This document shows, in pieces, positions 31,855 through 32,000 of a stretch of DNA of 32,000 bases (the first letter of the stretch is position 1; the number at the start of each line of letters is the position of its first letter). This stretch comes from Copranaerobaculum intestinale (GTDB lineage: Bacteria > Bacillota_I > Bacilli_A > Erysipelotrichales > Erysipelotrichaceae), in the NCBI RefSeq assembly GCF_009831105.1, contig NZ_WUUQ01000007.1, positions 45,170 through 77,169 on the forward strand, written 5' to 3'. The notes below the pieces were generated by a model. That model had not been told where the DNA came from. It worked only from the letters and a program-made list of their open reading frames with translations, and made no database searches. The position numbers and the translations under genes were made by a program.

Positions 31855-32000
31855 TTGACACAGGGGTTTCCGCTTGCTATTATATACAAGCGCTCAAGCG
31901 AGGGCGACGATCTTTGAAAACTAAACAGAATACGTCAATTCAAAAGAAACTCAAGAAAACAGAAACGCGAAAGCGTAAAGAAGAGCTAAACAAACAATCA
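31855..32000 (+). promoter_or_regulatory. Strong consensus-like promoter plus leader, probably the start of an rRNA operon that continues beyond the window
   Basis: TTGACA (31855-60), 17 nt, TATTAT (31878-83), with an AT-rich UP-like region upstream. The downstream non-coding leader contains GATCTTTGAAAACTAAACAG, typical of Firmicutes 16S leaders. No ORF. Confidence 0.5.

Noticed and set aside
31550-31889. Track ORFs 31550..31861- and 31680..31889-.
   Set aside because: They overlap the tRNA-Leu gene and the AT-rich divergent promoter region. Their low-complexity, Phe/Ile/Leu-rich translation is typical of AT-rich non-coding DNA.
1-32000. A search by eye for CRISPR arrays, tandem repeats, IS elements, integrases or known defence-system genes.
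   Set aside because: None was seen. The only repeats are short terminator or operator palindromes. This was not an exhaustive computational repeat search.

Overview
Dense, mostly chromosomal segment from a low-GC Gram-positive anaerobe. Gene content (RibU with an FMN riboswitch, a ComK-like protein, UPF0154/YneF, a bactofilin, an [FeFe]-hydrogenase) suggests Erysipelotrichales or Clostridia-like Bacillota, but lineage cannot be fixed without a database search. I support about 37 CDS, one FMN riboswitch, one tRNA-Leu(CAA), many rho-independent terminators, and a near-consensus promoter plus leader at the right edge that looks like the start of an rRNA operon. I saw no CRISPR array, transposase, integrase, phage genes or recognisable defence system. 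Most genes are housekeeping or envelope functions: RdgB, TrmL, a DapF-like protein, RidA, a GT51 transglycosylase, GNATs, a DMT transporter, an S9 peptidase and NfeD/SPFH. Accessory-looking modules are an ABC-2 exporter with a divergent HisKA_3/NarL two-component system, an ECF sigma with a putative anti-sigma, a VanZ-RDD fusion, and an AsnO-like enzyme with a degenerate glutaminase domain. The best candidate for an undescribed system is a 423-aa HTH plus helical-repeat regulator (19296..20567). It is followed by a 43-codon Sec-signal pro-peptide gene (20672..20803) that is absent from the ORF track. That layout matches an RNPP-type (NprR/PlcR/AimR-like) peptide quorum-sensing cassette. All functional calls rest on motifs read by eye and on recalled family knowledge. 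No searches were run.
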